DNA of 64,000 bases from Dehalococcoidia bacterium (GTDB lineage Bacteria; Chloroflexota; Dehalococcoidia; Plut-88900), in NCBI GenBank assembly GCA_965207225.1, contig CBDBLV010000005.1, positions 544,001-608,000 of the forward strand, read 5' to 3'. The position numbers were made by a program, and so were the translations under genes. The first letter of the stretch is position 1. Every line of letters begins with the position of its first letter. The notes under the pieces were generated by a model. That model was not told the origin of the DNA. It saw nothing but the letters and a program-made list of their open reading frames with translations, and made no database searches. Shown here one piece after another: positions 37,940 to 48,188 of the stretch.

Positions 37940-38746
37940 CTATCCGTTCAAAGGTGGCCCGACCTTCCACGCCACGAACCGCAGTCGCCGGTAGTCCACA
38001 GTCCACCTGACTCCATCATACATCCGAGGCCTCAGTTTCTCCTCCACCAGCGTGAGCACTCTGTCTTCAACCTCGGCGTCCAGCCCCGACAAGAAGTCCG
38101 AGCAGAACATCCGGACCCAGTCCCTGAGTCCTGCCTCACCCTCCCGCTGCGGTGTGGGGCGGCTGAAGTGACTCGCAAAGGACACCTCAAATCCTCTATC
38201 TTCCAACAGCCGCGAGTATTCACCTATTGTCGGGAAATACCACGGGTCCACCTCATCCCTCGGATGCCCGAGGGTGCTGCTCAAGGCCCGTCGCAACGCC
38301 GACACAACGCTCTCTATATTCCCCTTGCCCCCCATTTCCGCCACTATTCTTCCCCCGGGCCTCAGGCACTTTGTGATCGAGTCAAGGACTTCGTCGGCCT
38401 CTTTGATCCAGTGGAGGACGGCATTGGAGAAAACGGCGTCGAACGGCTCATCAAATGACAGGGAACGGGCGTCGGCTTGAATAAAGGTGATGTCTGGGAA
38501 ATTAGCGCTGGCAGTGCGTACCATGTCCCCCGAGCTGTCGACCCCTACCACCCCCGCCCCCGACTTGGCAATTTCCGCCGTCAGGTGTCCCGTGCCACAT
38601 CCGAGGTCGAGAATCCTCTCTCCCGGCTGAGCGTCCAGCAGCCCTAGGAGATCAGTGCCATACTGCCAGATGTAGGAATGGCTCTGCTGGTATTCAGGTG
38701 CGTCCCAGACTTTGGCCTCGGGGCTAATTTCGCCGGATGAAGTCAT
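37940..38746 (-). CDS. Class I SAM-dependent methyltransferase
   Basis: ILDLGCGTG, FDAVFSNAVLHW, LRPGGR, DY.RLR. Confidence 0.9.
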   Translation of the reverse strand: MTSSGEISPEAKVWDAPEYQQSHSYIWQYGTDLLGLLDAQPGERILDLGCGTGHLTAEIAKSGAGVVGVDSSGDMVRTASANFPDITFIQADARSLSFDEPFDAVFSNAVLHWIKEADEVLDSITKCLRPGGRIVAEMGGKGNIESVVSALRRALSSTLGHPRDEVDPWYFPTIGEYSRLLEDRGFEVSFASHFSRPTPQREGEAGLRDWVRMFCSDFLSGLDAEVEDRVLTLVEEKLRPRMYDGVRWTVDYRRLRFVAWKVGPPLNG

Positions 38747-38770
38747 CGGTTGGAACCCGGCCGTCGGGCC

Positions 38771-39838
38771 CTACCTGACATCCTCGAAGACCATCTCGTC
38801 GTAGGGCGAGCCATCTTCCATCAGAACGGTCTGAGTAGCCCGAATCCGCCGACTCATCATCCGGCTGAGCATGTGCGTGAACCCGAACATCGCTTGCACC
38901 ACTTCACGTGAGGATGACTGCCCTTCGAACAGCCGTCGCCGTGTGATGCGAAGTACATGCCTGCCCGGCTCCGGGGACGTAAGCTCCGACTCATCCCCTG
39001 CCATGTCCGAAAGGTGCTTGGTGAATAGCGCGAGGCTGCCCGCGTCCCGACCATCGATCCCCAGGTCCGCCAGCAACTCTTTTCCGTATTGTAACGCGAT
39101 GCCCTCGTAGGCCCGCTTGACCAGGTGCGCCGTTACAGGGGTTCCCACCACCTGCTGCAGACCCAGCACAGCCTCCTCGATGTACCCTCTCCCGAAGTTA
39201 CGCAGCGCCTTGGAGCGACGGTCATCCGGCCAGACCTCCGCATCCAGCTTGGGTGCTCGCTCAGCGTCGTACTCAGGCATCGTTGCGTTGGGGTCGTACT
39301 GGAACCTCTCCTCGTCGGCGAGGTCGTGGTCGTATTCGTAGAAATAGCCTTCCGCGTAGGGCTCGCCGTCGTTGAATGCCTTGGACAGCACGAACCCGAG
39401 CCTCGGGTTGTTCAGCCTGACGCCGTTGTAAGGGTGCCAGCCCATAAAGATCGAACGACCCATCCTCGGGGGGATGGCCAGCCATGCCGTCCCAGTCGGC
39501 CCGAAAGGCGGGTTGTATCGGATCCAGGCCTTCTTGGGCGACTCCTCATACATCTCCATGTCAATGCCGCCCAACGCATTGGAGAAGTAGTGGTATTTTG
39601 CGGCTACCACGGCATGGGGCTCTTTCTCGGGGTCTACGCCCAGCTTCTCCAGCCCCTGCAGGAAGTACTCCTTCTGGTGGTTGTGAAGTACGGCTTCCCG
39701 CCATTGAACGATGGTGTCTTCGCCCTGCTGGGCGTAGGTGATGGTTGTGATGGCGCCTCCCCAAAGCCCGTAGACCTTGGCGATGAACTCACATTGCTCC
39801 TGCAGGGACCATGTGGAAGGGTCGGTGGTGGGACTCAT
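38771..39838 (-). CDS. Hypothetical protein
   Basis: 355-aa ORF with AGGAGG RBS immediately downstream of uvrB; no motif recognised. Confidence 0.75.
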   Translation of the reverse strand: MSPTTDPSTWSLQEQCEFIAKVYGLWGGAITTITYAQQGEDTIVQWREAVLHNHQKEYFLQGLEKLGVDPEKEPHAVVAAKYHYFSNALGGIDMEMYEESPKKAWIRYNPPFGPTGTAWLAIPPRMGRSIFMGWHPYNGVRLNNPRLGFVLSKAFNDGEPYAEGYFYEYDHDLADEERFQYDPNATMPEYDAERAPKLDAEVWPDDRRSKALRNFGRGYIEEAVLGLQQVVGTPVTAHLVKRAYEGIALQYGKELLADLGIDGRDAGSLALFTKHLSDMAGDESELTSPEPGRHVLRITRRRLFEGQSSSREVVQAMFGFTHMLSRMMSRRIRATQTVLMEDGSPYDEMVFEDVR

Positions 39839-39868
39839 GCAGGCTTCCTCCTTAAGGACACCTAATCG

Positions 39869-41938
39869 TCATTTCCAGGGCCGTTTGGCCCGCCTGGCCT
39901 TCGTGGACCGGGTACGTATGCCCTCTTCCGCCTTAGCATCCTCGTCCAGCACCAGGGCTTTCCTCAGGTCGAGGACCTGGTCCCGGAGGGCCGCCGCCTT
40001 TTCGAACTCCAGGTTCCGCGCCGCTTCCTTCATCTGGGTCTCCAGGTCTTTCACCAGCCGCAGCAGTTCACCCCTGGGGACTTCCTTGTTGATGGTGTAG
40101 GTCGCCCGCTCCTCGGCAATGGCCTTCACGCGGTCCGTGATGTCCTTGACTTCTTTCTTTATCCCCTGGGGTTCGATGTTGTTGTCGTGATTGAATTCCG
40201 TCTGAAGCTCCCTGCGCCTGTAAGTCTCGTCGATGGCCCTTTGCATGGAGTCCGTTACGGAGTCGGCATACATGATGGCGTGGCCCTCTATGTGCCTCGC
40301 CGCCCGACCCATCGTCTGTATCAATGCCCCCGAGGACCGCAAGTAGCCTTCCTTGTCCGCGTCCAGGATTGCCACCAGGCTTACCTCCGGTAGGTCCAGG
40401 CCCTCCCTCAGCAGGTTTATACCGACCACCACGTCGTACACACCCAATCGTAAGTCTCGCAGGATCTCGCTCCTCTGCAGCGTATCCACCTCCGAGTGAA
40501 GATAGTGGGTCTTCACACCCATCTCCCGCAGGTAGTCGGCCAGCTCCTCTGCCATCCGCTTGGTCAACGTAGTGACCAGCACCCTCTCTTCCTTCTCCAC
40601 GCGGGTCTTAATCTGGTGAAGAAGGTCGTCTATCTGGCCTTCAGTAGGCTTCACCTCTATCGTTGGGTCCACGAGGCCTGTGGGCCTGATAACCTGCTCC
40701 ACTATCTGGGTGCTGTGTTCATATTCGTAGGGCCCGGGAGTTGCCGATACGCAGACCATCTGGTTGATGTGCCTCTCGAACTCCGCAAAGTTGAGCGGCC
40801 TGTTGTCCAGGGCCGAGGGCAGCCGGAATCCGTAGTCGACCAGGGTCTGCTTCCGTGCGATGTCTCCGTGGTACATGCCCCGGACCTGCGGCAGAGTCAT
40901 GTGCGACTCATCTATGAGCATAAGAAAATCGTCGGGGAAGTAGTCCAGCAGCGTCCACGGGGTGCTTCCCGGAGACCGACGGGCCAGGGGCCGGGAGTAG
41001 TTTTCGATCCCCGAGCAATAACCGGCCTCCCTGAGCATTTCCAGGTCGTAGTGGGTACGCTGCTCTAGTCGGGCTGCCTCCAGGGGTCGGTCCTGGGAGC
41101 GGAACCACTCCACCTGGGCTTGAAGCTCCTCCTCGATGTCGACTAACGCGGCGTTCAGCTTTTCTGTTGACGTAACAAAGTGCTTCGCGGGGTAGATGTC
41201 CACCCACTCCCTCGCTCCCAGGATCTCACCCGTCAGCGGATCAACTTCCACTATCCGCTCGATTTCATCACCCCAGAACTCCACACGGATGGCAATTTCC
41301 TCATAGGCAGGCTGGATTTCCAGGGTGTCGCCGCGAATGCGGAACCTGCCCCGGGTGAAGTCCATGTCGTTCCGTTCGTACTGCATGTCCACCAGGTGGC
41401 GCACCAGCTTGTTCCGGTTCCGCCGCTCCCCCTTCTGGATATTGACCACGAAGGAGTGGTACTCCGCCGGGTCACCGAGACCGTAGATGCACGACACGGA
41501 AGCCACTATCAGTACGTCCCGCCTGCTTAGTAGGGCGCGGGTTGCGGAGTGCCGCAGCTTGTCGATCTCCTCATTGATGTCGGCATCCTTCTCGATGTAC
41601 AGGTCCGTGCGGGGGATATAGGCCTCGGGCTGGTAGTAGTCGTAGTAGCTGACGAAGTACTCGACAGGGTTGTCGGCGAAGTACTCCTTGAACTCAGTGG
41701 CAAGCTGTGCCGCAAGGGTCTTGTTGGGAGCGATGACCAGCGTGGGTCTCTGCACACGCTCCACAATGTTCGCCATCGTGAACGTCTTTCCGCTCCCCGT
41801 GACCCCGAGAAGCGTCTGCGTCTTCATCCCCGACTCCAGCCCGGCCACAAGCTGGTCCACCGCCCGGGGCTGGTCTCCCATCATGCGGAAGTCGGAGGTG
41901 ATTCTGAATTTGTTTTCTATGGCTGTGGTGGTAGTCAA
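39869..41938 (-). CDS. uvrB: Excinuclease ABC subunit B
   Basis: [49 protein letters not shown]. Confidence 0.98.
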   Translation of the reverse strand: MTTTTAIENKFRITSDFRMMGDQPRAVDQLVAGLESGMKTQTLLGVTGSGKTFTMANIVERVQRPTLVIAPNKTLAAQLATEFKEYFADNPVEYFVSYYDYYQPEAYIPRTDLYIEKDADINEEIDKLRHSATRALLSRRDVLIVASVSCIYGLGDPAEYHSFVVNIQKGERRNRNKLVRHLVDMQYERNDMDFTRGRFRIRGDTLEIQPAYEEIAIRVEFWGDEIERIVEVDPLTGEILGAREWVDIYPAKHFVTSTEKLNAALVDIEEELQAQVEWFRSQDRPLEAARLEQRTHYDLEMLREAGYCSGIENYSRPLARRSPGSTPWTLLDYFPDDFLMLIDESHMTLPQVRGMYHGDIARKQTLVDYGFRLPSALDNRPLNFAEFERHINQMVCVSATPGPYEYEHSTQIVEQVIRPTGLVDPTIEVKPTEGQIDDLLHQIKTRVEKEERVLVTTLTKRMAEELADYLREMGVKTHYLHSEVDTLQRSEILRDLRLGVYDVVVGINLLREGLDLPEVSLVAILDADKEGYLRSSGALIQTMGRAARHIEGHAIMYADSVTDSMQRAIDETYRRRELQTEFNHDNNIEPQGIKKEVKDITDRVKAIAEERATYTINKEVPRGELLRLVKDLETQMKEAARNLEFEKAAALRDQVLDLRKALVLDEDAKAEEGIRTRSTKARRAKRPWK

Positions 41939-41993
41939 GGCGCGTTCATTCTAGGATGTTGCATGGGCGATTGCAAAGCCGAAAATTCGGCTG

Positions 41994-43307
41994 CTAGGCG
42001 AAGAGGCCCGGTAAGCCCTCCGGGGGTCGGGTCCCGATAGCGCCCTCGGCCTCCAACTGGTCGGCATAGCTTGTTTCCACACCCGCCAGCTCTTCAAGCA
42101 CATACCTGTTGTGCTCACCCATCAAGGGCGCGGCCATCATCAATGTGCCTGGAGTCTTGGAAAGCAAAGCCGGCGTCCCCGAAAAGGGCATCGTCCCCGC
42201 AGCCGTATGTGGAGTGTCCCAGAAATACCCTCGCTCCTTCAGGTGCCCGTCCTCTACCACGTCCTGGTTGGTGTAAACCGCCGCTGCGGTAACTCCCGCT
42301 GCCTGGAGCCGGTGCATCAAGTCCTTGTAGTCCTCCCCTGCTGTCCACTCGGAAATTTGCTCGTCGATTTCATCCTGGTATTGCCACCGGCTCAGCTGGT
42401 CCTGGTATTTGGGGTCGGAGGCCCAGTCGGGGTTCCCGGCCACTTCACATAGAGCTTCCCATTCCTGGTCGTTCGTGACGGCTATGGTGACCCAGTTGTC
42501 CTCTCCCTTGCACCTGTAGGCGTTATGCGGGGCGTAGTAAGCGTGGTGATTGCCCATCCGCGCCGGATGCTCACCGGTCAACTGGTACCCGAGCACTGAC
42601 TCCCCAATCAAACCGGCCGCAGCCTCGTTTTGCGACAGGTCTATGAACTGCCCTTTGCCTGACCGGCGTCGGTAGTACAGCGCCGCCAGGATGGCGCCCA
42701 CCGCGTTCACACCGGCGTTGGGGTCGGGATACGCTTCCCCCGACTTGTAGGGTTTCGGGCCCGGGTAGCCGATCAGGTTCGATAGCCCCGCGGAAGGTTC
42801 GATATTCGTCCCGTAGCTGACGTGGTTACGATGAGGCCCAGTCATCCCGTATCCCGGCATTGAAATGAAGACGATGGCCGGGTTCAAGGGTTTCACCGAA
42901 GGGTAGTCCAGCCCGAAGTTACGCATCACCCTGGCGCTGTAGTTCTCCATTATCACGTCGGATATTGGCACTAGCCTCCTTGCCAGCTCCCGACAATCGT
43001 CTCGGGAGAGGTCCAGCGTCAGGCTCAGCTTATTCCGGTGGTATTCGTTGAAAATGCCGTATCGATTGTAGGGCTGGTCTCCCGGGTCATTGTCCGGGTA
43101 AACGGAGTGGGCAACCTTTGCATAATGCTTGGGGTCTTCCGGCGTCGGAACCTCCCGCGCCCCCCGACCATACAGTGACTCGATCTTGATGACCTCTGCT
43201 CCGAGGTCGGCCAGAAACCGCGCCCCAATCGGCCCCGACCAGCCCGTTGTGAAGTCCAGCACCCGGACCCCTTCCAACGCACGACTCTTGTCCGCAGGAT
43301 AGTTCAT
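41994..43307 (-). CDS. CaiB/BaiF family III CoA-transferase
   Basis: LEGVRVLDF, LADLGAEVIKIE, RNKLSLTLDL, GYG.TGP, YPD, GKGQ.IDLS, AP..GEH. Confidence 0.92.
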   Translation of the reverse strand: MNYPADKSRALEGVRVLDFTTGWSGPIGARFLADLGAEVIKIESLYGRGAREVPTPEDPKHYAKVAHSVYPDNDPGDQPYNRYGIFNEYHRNKLSLTLDLSRDDCRELARRLVPISDVIMENYSARVMRNFGLDYPSVKPLNPAIVFISMPGYGMTGPHRNHVSYGTNIEPSAGLSNLIGYPGPKPYKSGEAYPDPNAGVNAVGAILAALYYRRRSGKGQFIDLSQNEAAAGLIGESVLGYQLTGEHPARMGNHHAYYAPHNAYRCKGEDNWVTIAVTNDQEWEALCEVAGNPDWASDPKYQDQLSRWQYQDEIDEQISEWTAGEDYKDLMHRLQAAGVTAAAVYTNQDVVEDGHLKERGYFWDTPHTAAGTMPFSGTPALLSKTPGTLMMAAPLMGEHNRYVLEELAGVETSYADQLEAEGAIGTRPPEGLPGLFA

Positions 43308-43313
43308 AAGCCC

Positions 43314-44516
43314 TCAGATGATGTTGCGCTCACGGAGTCTCACCAACTCCTCTTTGCTCAGTCCCATGTCTCCGCAGTAGACATCCTCGTTGTGTTCTCC
43401 CAGCAACGGCGCCCGGGTCACATGCCACGGAGTCTCGCCCATCTTGAAGGGTGCGCCGGCGTAGAGCTGTCGTCCCGCCAACGGGTGCTCCAGTGCCACC
43501 CAGTAGTCCCGTGAACTCAACTGGGTGTCCTTGAAGAGCCTGTCGAACGTGGGGACGTACGTGACGGGGATGCGAAGACTCTGCCCTACCTCAATTACTT
43601 CATCCATCGTCCGCTGTATAAGCCACTCTTTCAGAGGTTCGTCGTATTCCTCTTTGTGGTCCCAACGCCCCTCCGCCGTGGCGAAGCGAGGATCGTCGAT
43701 GAGGTCGGGCCTGTCCATCATCAGGAACAGGTTTTCGCTGTGATGGGGCATCACGCTGCTTATGGACACCCATCCGTCCTTGCATTCGTACATGGTCAGC
43801 GGGTGCCCCCCGACCGGATAGTCGTTCCCGGTGCGAATGTTCTTCGCCTGCAGGTGGGTCCAGGTCGTGATCGCGAACTCGTGGTAGTAAGCCATCGCCT
43901 CTATCACTGACACATCGACGTGCTGGCCCTTCCCGCTGGAGTCCCGCCAATAGAGCGCCGCCATGGCCGCATCGAATGCGTGAATGCCCGCCGTGTACTC
44001 TGGCTGAAACCCCGCCCCGACCAAGGGCGCCTTGTCCGCCTCCCCGGTCATGTGCATCTGCCCGGTCAGTGCAAACCCGACCATCGAGTTGCCCTTGTAG
44101 CCCCTGTGCGGCCCCGTCTGCCCGAAATACGTGATGGAAGCCAGCACTACCCCCGGATTGATCTCATCCAGCACCTCGTACCCCATTCCCCGCTCCTCCA
44201 TCGTCCCCGGCATATATGTCTCCACCACCACATCCGCCGACGGAATCAGCGTCTTTAAAGTCTCCACCCCAGAGGTAGTCGAGAGATTCAGCGTGATGCT
44301 CTTCTTGTTCGTGTTCAGGTAAAGATAGGTGGCGCTGGTTTCGGGGTCGGGCAGGTAGTCAAGGAAGGGTCCCATTCTTCGGGAGATATCGCCTCCTGCC
44401 GGGTCCTCGACCTTGATTACCTCCGCACCCAGACACCCGAACAGCTTTGTGCAATATCCCCCCGCTACACCCTCGCTCAGGTCCAGCACCCGAAGACCTT
44501 CCAGGGCTCTATCCAT
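43314..44516 (-). CDS. CaiB/BaiF family III CoA-transferase (partner subunit)
   Basis: LEGLRVLDL, LGAEVIKVE, NTNKKSITLNL, FGQTGP, GKGQHVDVS, APLLGEHN. Confidence 0.92.
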   Translation of the reverse strand: MDRALEGLRVLDLSEGVAGGYCTKLFGCLGAEVIKVEDPAGGDISRRMGPFLDYLPDPETSATYLYLNTNKKSITLNLSTTSGVETLKTLIPSADVVVETYMPGTMEERGMGYEVLDEINPGVVLASITYFGQTGPHRGYKGNSMVGFALTGQMHMTGEADKAPLVGAGFQPEYTAGIHAFDAAMAALYWRDSSGKGQHVDVSVIEAMAYYHEFAITTWTHLQAKNIRTGNDYPVGGHPLTMYECKDGWVSISSVMPHHSENLFLMMDRPDLIDDPRFATAEGRWDHKEEYDEPLKEWLIQRTMDEVIEVGQSLRIPVTYVPTFDRLFKDTQLSSRDYWVALEHPLAGRQLYAGAPFKMGETPWHVTRAPLLGEHNEDVYCGDMGLSKEELVRLRERNII

Positions 44517-44986
44517 CAGTCGACGTCCCCCGACTCCGCGGCGATACTCGCCTTCCCCACGATCACCTTCTCGCCGAGCTGGTTCTCCATCCAGGTGTCA
44601 AAATAGATCCGGCCCCCCGACTCCCCCTCTTTAGGCTCCCTGACCACCGCCCGGGTCACGAGAGTATCGTTACCGCAGACCATATTCGTGAAAGTTACCG
44701 ACAGCAACCCGCCCCTGTCCCAGCTTTCGCCCAGGTTTTCGTGGAAGAGGTCCCAGATGTACGGCATCGTCTGAATCCCCCCCGCCACCACCCCCCGGAT
44801 CCCATACGACTTTGCCGTTTCCTCATCGTTGTGGATATTTTTCTTGCCCGCAGACCTCCCCCCGAATTCCGCTCCCCGGTTTGTATACGCCAGCACTTCC
44901 TCTTTCGTGAGTACGCGGGTCACGGATGGCAATTCCTTGCCCGGCGTGAGTTCTTTCAAGCTATGCTCCTGTTTGACGCCAGCCAT
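44516..44986 (-). CDS. MaoC/hot-dog fold dehydratase subunit
   Basis: NIHND...A...G..G.VA.G hydratase motif. Confidence 0.8.
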   Translation of the reverse strand: MAGVKQEHSLKELTPGKELPSVTRVLTKEEVLAYTNRGAEFGGRSAGKKNIHNDEETAKSYGIRGVVAGGIQTMPYIWDLFHENLGESWDRGGLLSVTFTNMVCGNDTLVTRAVVREPKEGESGGRIYFDTWMENQLGEKVIVGKASIAAESGDVD

Positions 44987-44993
44987 TTCCCAC

Positions 44994-45389
44994 CTACAGA
45001 TCTATGAGCAAAACGTTCTTGCTCTCTACCAGCTTCACGCCGTCTTCGTCCGTCGTTTCAGATTCCAGCACCAGGAAGTCCCGACCCCTGCGGTTGTACT
45101 TGTCCAGGACGCGACCGGTCACGTCCAGCCGCTTCCCAACTATCGGAGGGTTCAGGTAGTGATGTTCTGCCTTGGCGTGGACCGCCTCCTTGGTAGTGAA
45201 GTCCGACATCCACAGGTCCACGTAATCGTTATCGGTAACGCAGGCGGGGGCTATTTCTCTCCCGGACTCGTCCTTTTCAAGATAGTCTTTGCCCAGATTG
45301 CGCGCTGCGAACAGGGCAATTTCTCGGGTGAGGATGTAGGAATGGGGCCTAAGTGCTTCGCTGGGCTGGGCTTCTTCAAGGGGTCTCAT
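44994..45389 (-). CDS. MaoC-like hot-dog fold partner subunit
   Basis: VHA..EHHY..P..VG..L.V.G.V.DKY.RRGR.F.V.E..T.DEDG; start trimmed to MRPLEE. Confidence 0.7.
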   Translation of the reverse strand: MRPLEEAQPSEALRPHSYILTREIALFAARNLGKDYLEKDESGREIAPACVTDNDYVDLWMSDFTTKEAVHAKAEHHYLNPPIVGKRLDVTGRVLDKYNRRGRDFLVLESETTDEDGVKLVESKNVLLIDL

Positions 45390-45500
45390 ATAGGAAAGGC
45401 AACGCTCTCTGACGGGATGTGTGGAGGCCGGGCCAAATGCTAGCACCGCCTCCCGTGAGCGTCAATCAATGCTTCCGCTCCCGACCCCACCCCCGTAAGG

Positions 45501-47192
45501 TTATAATTTCCTTCGGTCGGGCCCCCAGCCCGACTCCTCGTTGCCGAGTGGTGTAGTGGTAGCACACGGGACTTTGGATCCCTTGGCCCAGGTTCGAGTC
45601 CTGGCTCGGCAGCCAACATGTACTGTAGACAGAACTGTACCCCCAAGGCTGAAGTATTCGGAATCGCTGGACCCGATGGGGCTGTCTTGGGGCATGGGAA
45701 TCGTGTAGCGAATCGTCGCCTCACTGCTGCCCACCACAATCTCCTTTATGAATGACCGGACAAAGGCTTTGGTTTCCGTAAGCTCGCTTTCCTGGAGAAA
45801 CACACCCATTTCTCGTGCATAGCGTGTAATCGTCTCGACACCATCCAATATGGATGGGTGTTTTGACAGAGCAGCCTGGGCTTCTTCCGCAGCGATTTCC
45901 AGTTGCTCCTGACGTTCCTGGTGTTCTCGGATGCGCGGGACGATGTCGTTGATTTCCATGTCGGTGGTTTCGACAACATGCCAGAGTCGATCCGTGCGTC
46001 GGCGCAATTCGACCAACTCTTCATCAACAGCCTCTATCCTTTCTCTTTGAGCCTTAACTGCTCCGTCAAGTTCCTCGTTAACTAACTTCACCAAGCTCCT
46101 AATGTTGCTCTCAGTCAATATGTTCGATCTCAGTTGGTCAACAATTATTCGTTCAAAACGCTTTGCACTGAGCCTGGGGGTCTGGCACGATTCTCGGCCT
46201 TGTTTAACCAGAGAATTGCAAACGTAGTAGGCATATTGTCCACTTTTGGCCTCTTGTCCAGTTAATGCCTTTTCGCATTGGGCGCATTTCACAAGTCCGC
46301 TGAGAAGATATCGACTGGCAGCTCTTTGAGGGTGGACTTTAGAAGGTGCGTTGGCTCGCATAAGCTTACCAACCCTCCGATAAATGTCGGTAGAGACTAT
46401 GGCCGGGAAAGCGTTCTCTACACGCACCGGGGGAACTTGGTCCTTAGCATTAACTCCCCACAGATTCGTACCGGTGTAAACCTCATTGGTAAGAATTCGG
46501 TGAATGCTCGTTTTTGCCCATCTCTTGCCCCAAGGGCTGGCTATTCCTTCCTTGTTGAGAACCTTCGCGATATCCAGAGTACTCTTCCCGCGATCAGCCA
46601 ACTCGAAAATCCTACGAACTATAGAATCAGCTGGTGAGTTCAAATCCAGTTTCGGACGCTTCTTAGGGCCGTCGGGAACGAAAACCCGCTTGTAACCATA
46701 GGGTGCGCAAGGGGCAACCCAGAAACCCCGAGAAGCCGCCTCCCGCGTTCCGCGCATCACTTCTTGGGCTAGGTTTTCGCTGTAGAACTCATCTACGCTC
46801 TCGATGATGGCCTCCATGAGCTTACCTGTGGGTGAGTCGTCGGCATACTCGGTGATGGAAACCACCCTTATGCCCCGCCTTCTCAGCATGGACTTGAAGG
46901 CGACGGCATGCTCTCGCTTACGGGTGAACCGGGAGAACTTCCAGACCAGAATTTCCTTGAAAGCAGCATTGGTACTTCTAGCCTCGTCCAGCATTCGTCT
47001 GAACTGGGGTCTGTCGGCTATGCGGCCGCTCTCCGCCTCGTCCACGAACTCGCGAACTACGATGTAGCCGTTCTTTTCAGCGTAGTCGCGGAGCGCCCGA
47101 AGCTGGGCGGCCACTGAAAGGTCCACATCCTGCCGGTCACTGGAAACGCGGGCGTAGAGAGCCGCTGGTATCATTTCATCCTGTATATTCAT
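45501..47192 (-). CDS. Large serine recombinase (integrase)
   Basis: ALYARVSSDRQ catalytic Ser, SGR...RP.F, SRF.R, PYGY, LLSGLVKC..C...YYVC Zn ribbon, coiled coil; last 37 aa read antisense over tRNA-Gln and its upstream region. Confidence 0.95.
   Translation of the reverse strand: MNIQDEMIPAALYARVSSDRQDVDLSVAAQLRALRDYAEKNGYIVVREFVDEAESGRIADRPQFRRMLDEARSTNAAFKEILVWKFSRFTRKREHAVAFKSMLRRRGIRVVSITEYADDSPTGKLMEAIIESVDEFYSENLAQEVMRGTREAASRGFWVAPCAPYGYKRVFVPDGPKKRPKLDLNSPADSIVRRIFELADRGKSTLDIAKVLNKEGIASPWGKRWAKTSIHRILTNEVYTGTNLWGVNAKDQVPPVRVENAFPAIVSTDIYRRVGKLMRANAPSKVHPQRAASRYLLSGLVKCAQCEKALTGQEAKSGQYAYYVCNSLVKQGRESCQTPRLSAKRFERIIVDQLRSNILTESNIRSLVKLVNEELDGAVKAQRERIEAVDEELVELRRRTDRLWHVVETTDMEINDIVPRIREHQERQEQLEIAAEEAQAALSKHPSILDGVETITRYAREMGVFLQESELTETKAFVRSFIKEIVVGSSEATIRYTIPMPQDSPIGSSDSEYFSLGGTVLSTVHVGCRARTRTWAKGSKVPCATTTPLGNEESGWGPDRRKL
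45542..45615 (+). tRNA. tRNA-Gln(TTG)
   Basis: Acceptor TGCCGAG/CTCGGCA, anticodon loop CT-TTG-GA, GTTCGAG T-loop, encoded CCA; TATAAT at 45502-45507. Confidence 0.95.
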
Positions 47193-47276
47193 TGGTTCAC
47201 TCCTTCATTCCTTCATCACCGTTCATCACTATATCCGTGTTCACTTATCCTTCCTTCCGACACCCATATTCAACTA

Positions 47277-48188
47277 TCAGGGTACCGGTGCCAACTCCCG
47301 CCTGCGGCACCCCGTATCGAAAGCAAGCAACTGGGGGCTGATAGCGGCGCGGTCCTGGCAGTGCACGGCAACGACCAACACCTTGGCCACCCTCCCCTTC
47401 CAGGAGTGGGGCCGGGCTATGATGGCCAGGCCGCCGCAATCGGTGTACTGGGATCTTTCGTGCCGTACGATCCTATCGACCAGGGAGCCGGGTGCAGGCA
47501 ACATGCCCTTGCGCTTAAACAGACCCTGTTCCACCCAGCAGGGGAAGGAGTCCGGCATCCCAAAACCCCGGGTGCGCCGCACCACCGTCGCCTGGAGCAG
47601 AGGTGGCTTCGTCCGGTTCGGAGGGTCACCGTATTCCTTGCGCTCGTACTGCACTGCCATCAACGGCGGGTCCTGCAGAACCTCGGCCAGCCTGGGGATC
47701 ACCGATGCGCAGGAGCATCGGAACGCCTTCTGCAGGGCAAGCACATCCAGCCCCATAATGGAGGTCATGGGGCCGAAGACCCCCGGCTGCATCAGGATTG
47801 CCGCAGCAAGGCGGTCCGCCTCCCTGCACACCGTATGCTCCGGCGCAGAGTCGGTCAGCATGTCCCACAGGGTCTCGTAGATGATCTCGCATGCCTCGTG
47901 GAGCACCGTGTAGTTAGTGCTCCCCTCCCAGAGGCCGTGACGGTAGTAGGTGTCGTAGTGACCCCTGGGCCGCCCGATGTGGGTTACCTTCAGCCCGTCC
48001 ATCTGCCTCTCGTACGCCTCCCTGAACCAGGCACGCCTGAGCGCGGCGCGAAGCTCCTCCAGCTTGGGATTGCCCGAGATCCCAAAGCAGCCCATGAACC
48101 GGGCGGCCAGGTATTCCGGCTCCAGGATATTGTGAGGGGCCTCGGCGCCCAGCAGTTTTCGGCAGAAGTCCTCTCTAGTAACGGTCAT
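47277..48188 (-). CDS. ImmA/IrrE (DUF955)-like metallopeptidase
   Basis: TVLHEACE...EADRLAAAILM, then HTH-like L...F..S..S...RL; coupled to the XRE gene. Confidence 0.75.
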   Translation of the reverse strand: MTVTREDFCRKLLGAEAPHNILEPEYLAARFMGCFGISGNPKLEELRAALRRAWFREAYERQMDGLKVTHIGRPRGHYDTYYRHGLWEGSTNYTVLHEACEIIYETLWDMLTDSAPEHTVCREADRLAAAILMQPGVFGPMTSIMGLDVLALQKAFRCSCASVIPRLAEVLQDPPLMAVQYERKEYGDPPNRTKPPLLQATVVRRTRGFGMPDSFPCWVEQGLFKRKGMLPAPGSLVDRIVRHERSQYTDCGGLAIIARPHSWKGRVAKVLVVAVHCQDRAAISPQLLAFDTGCRRRELAPVP

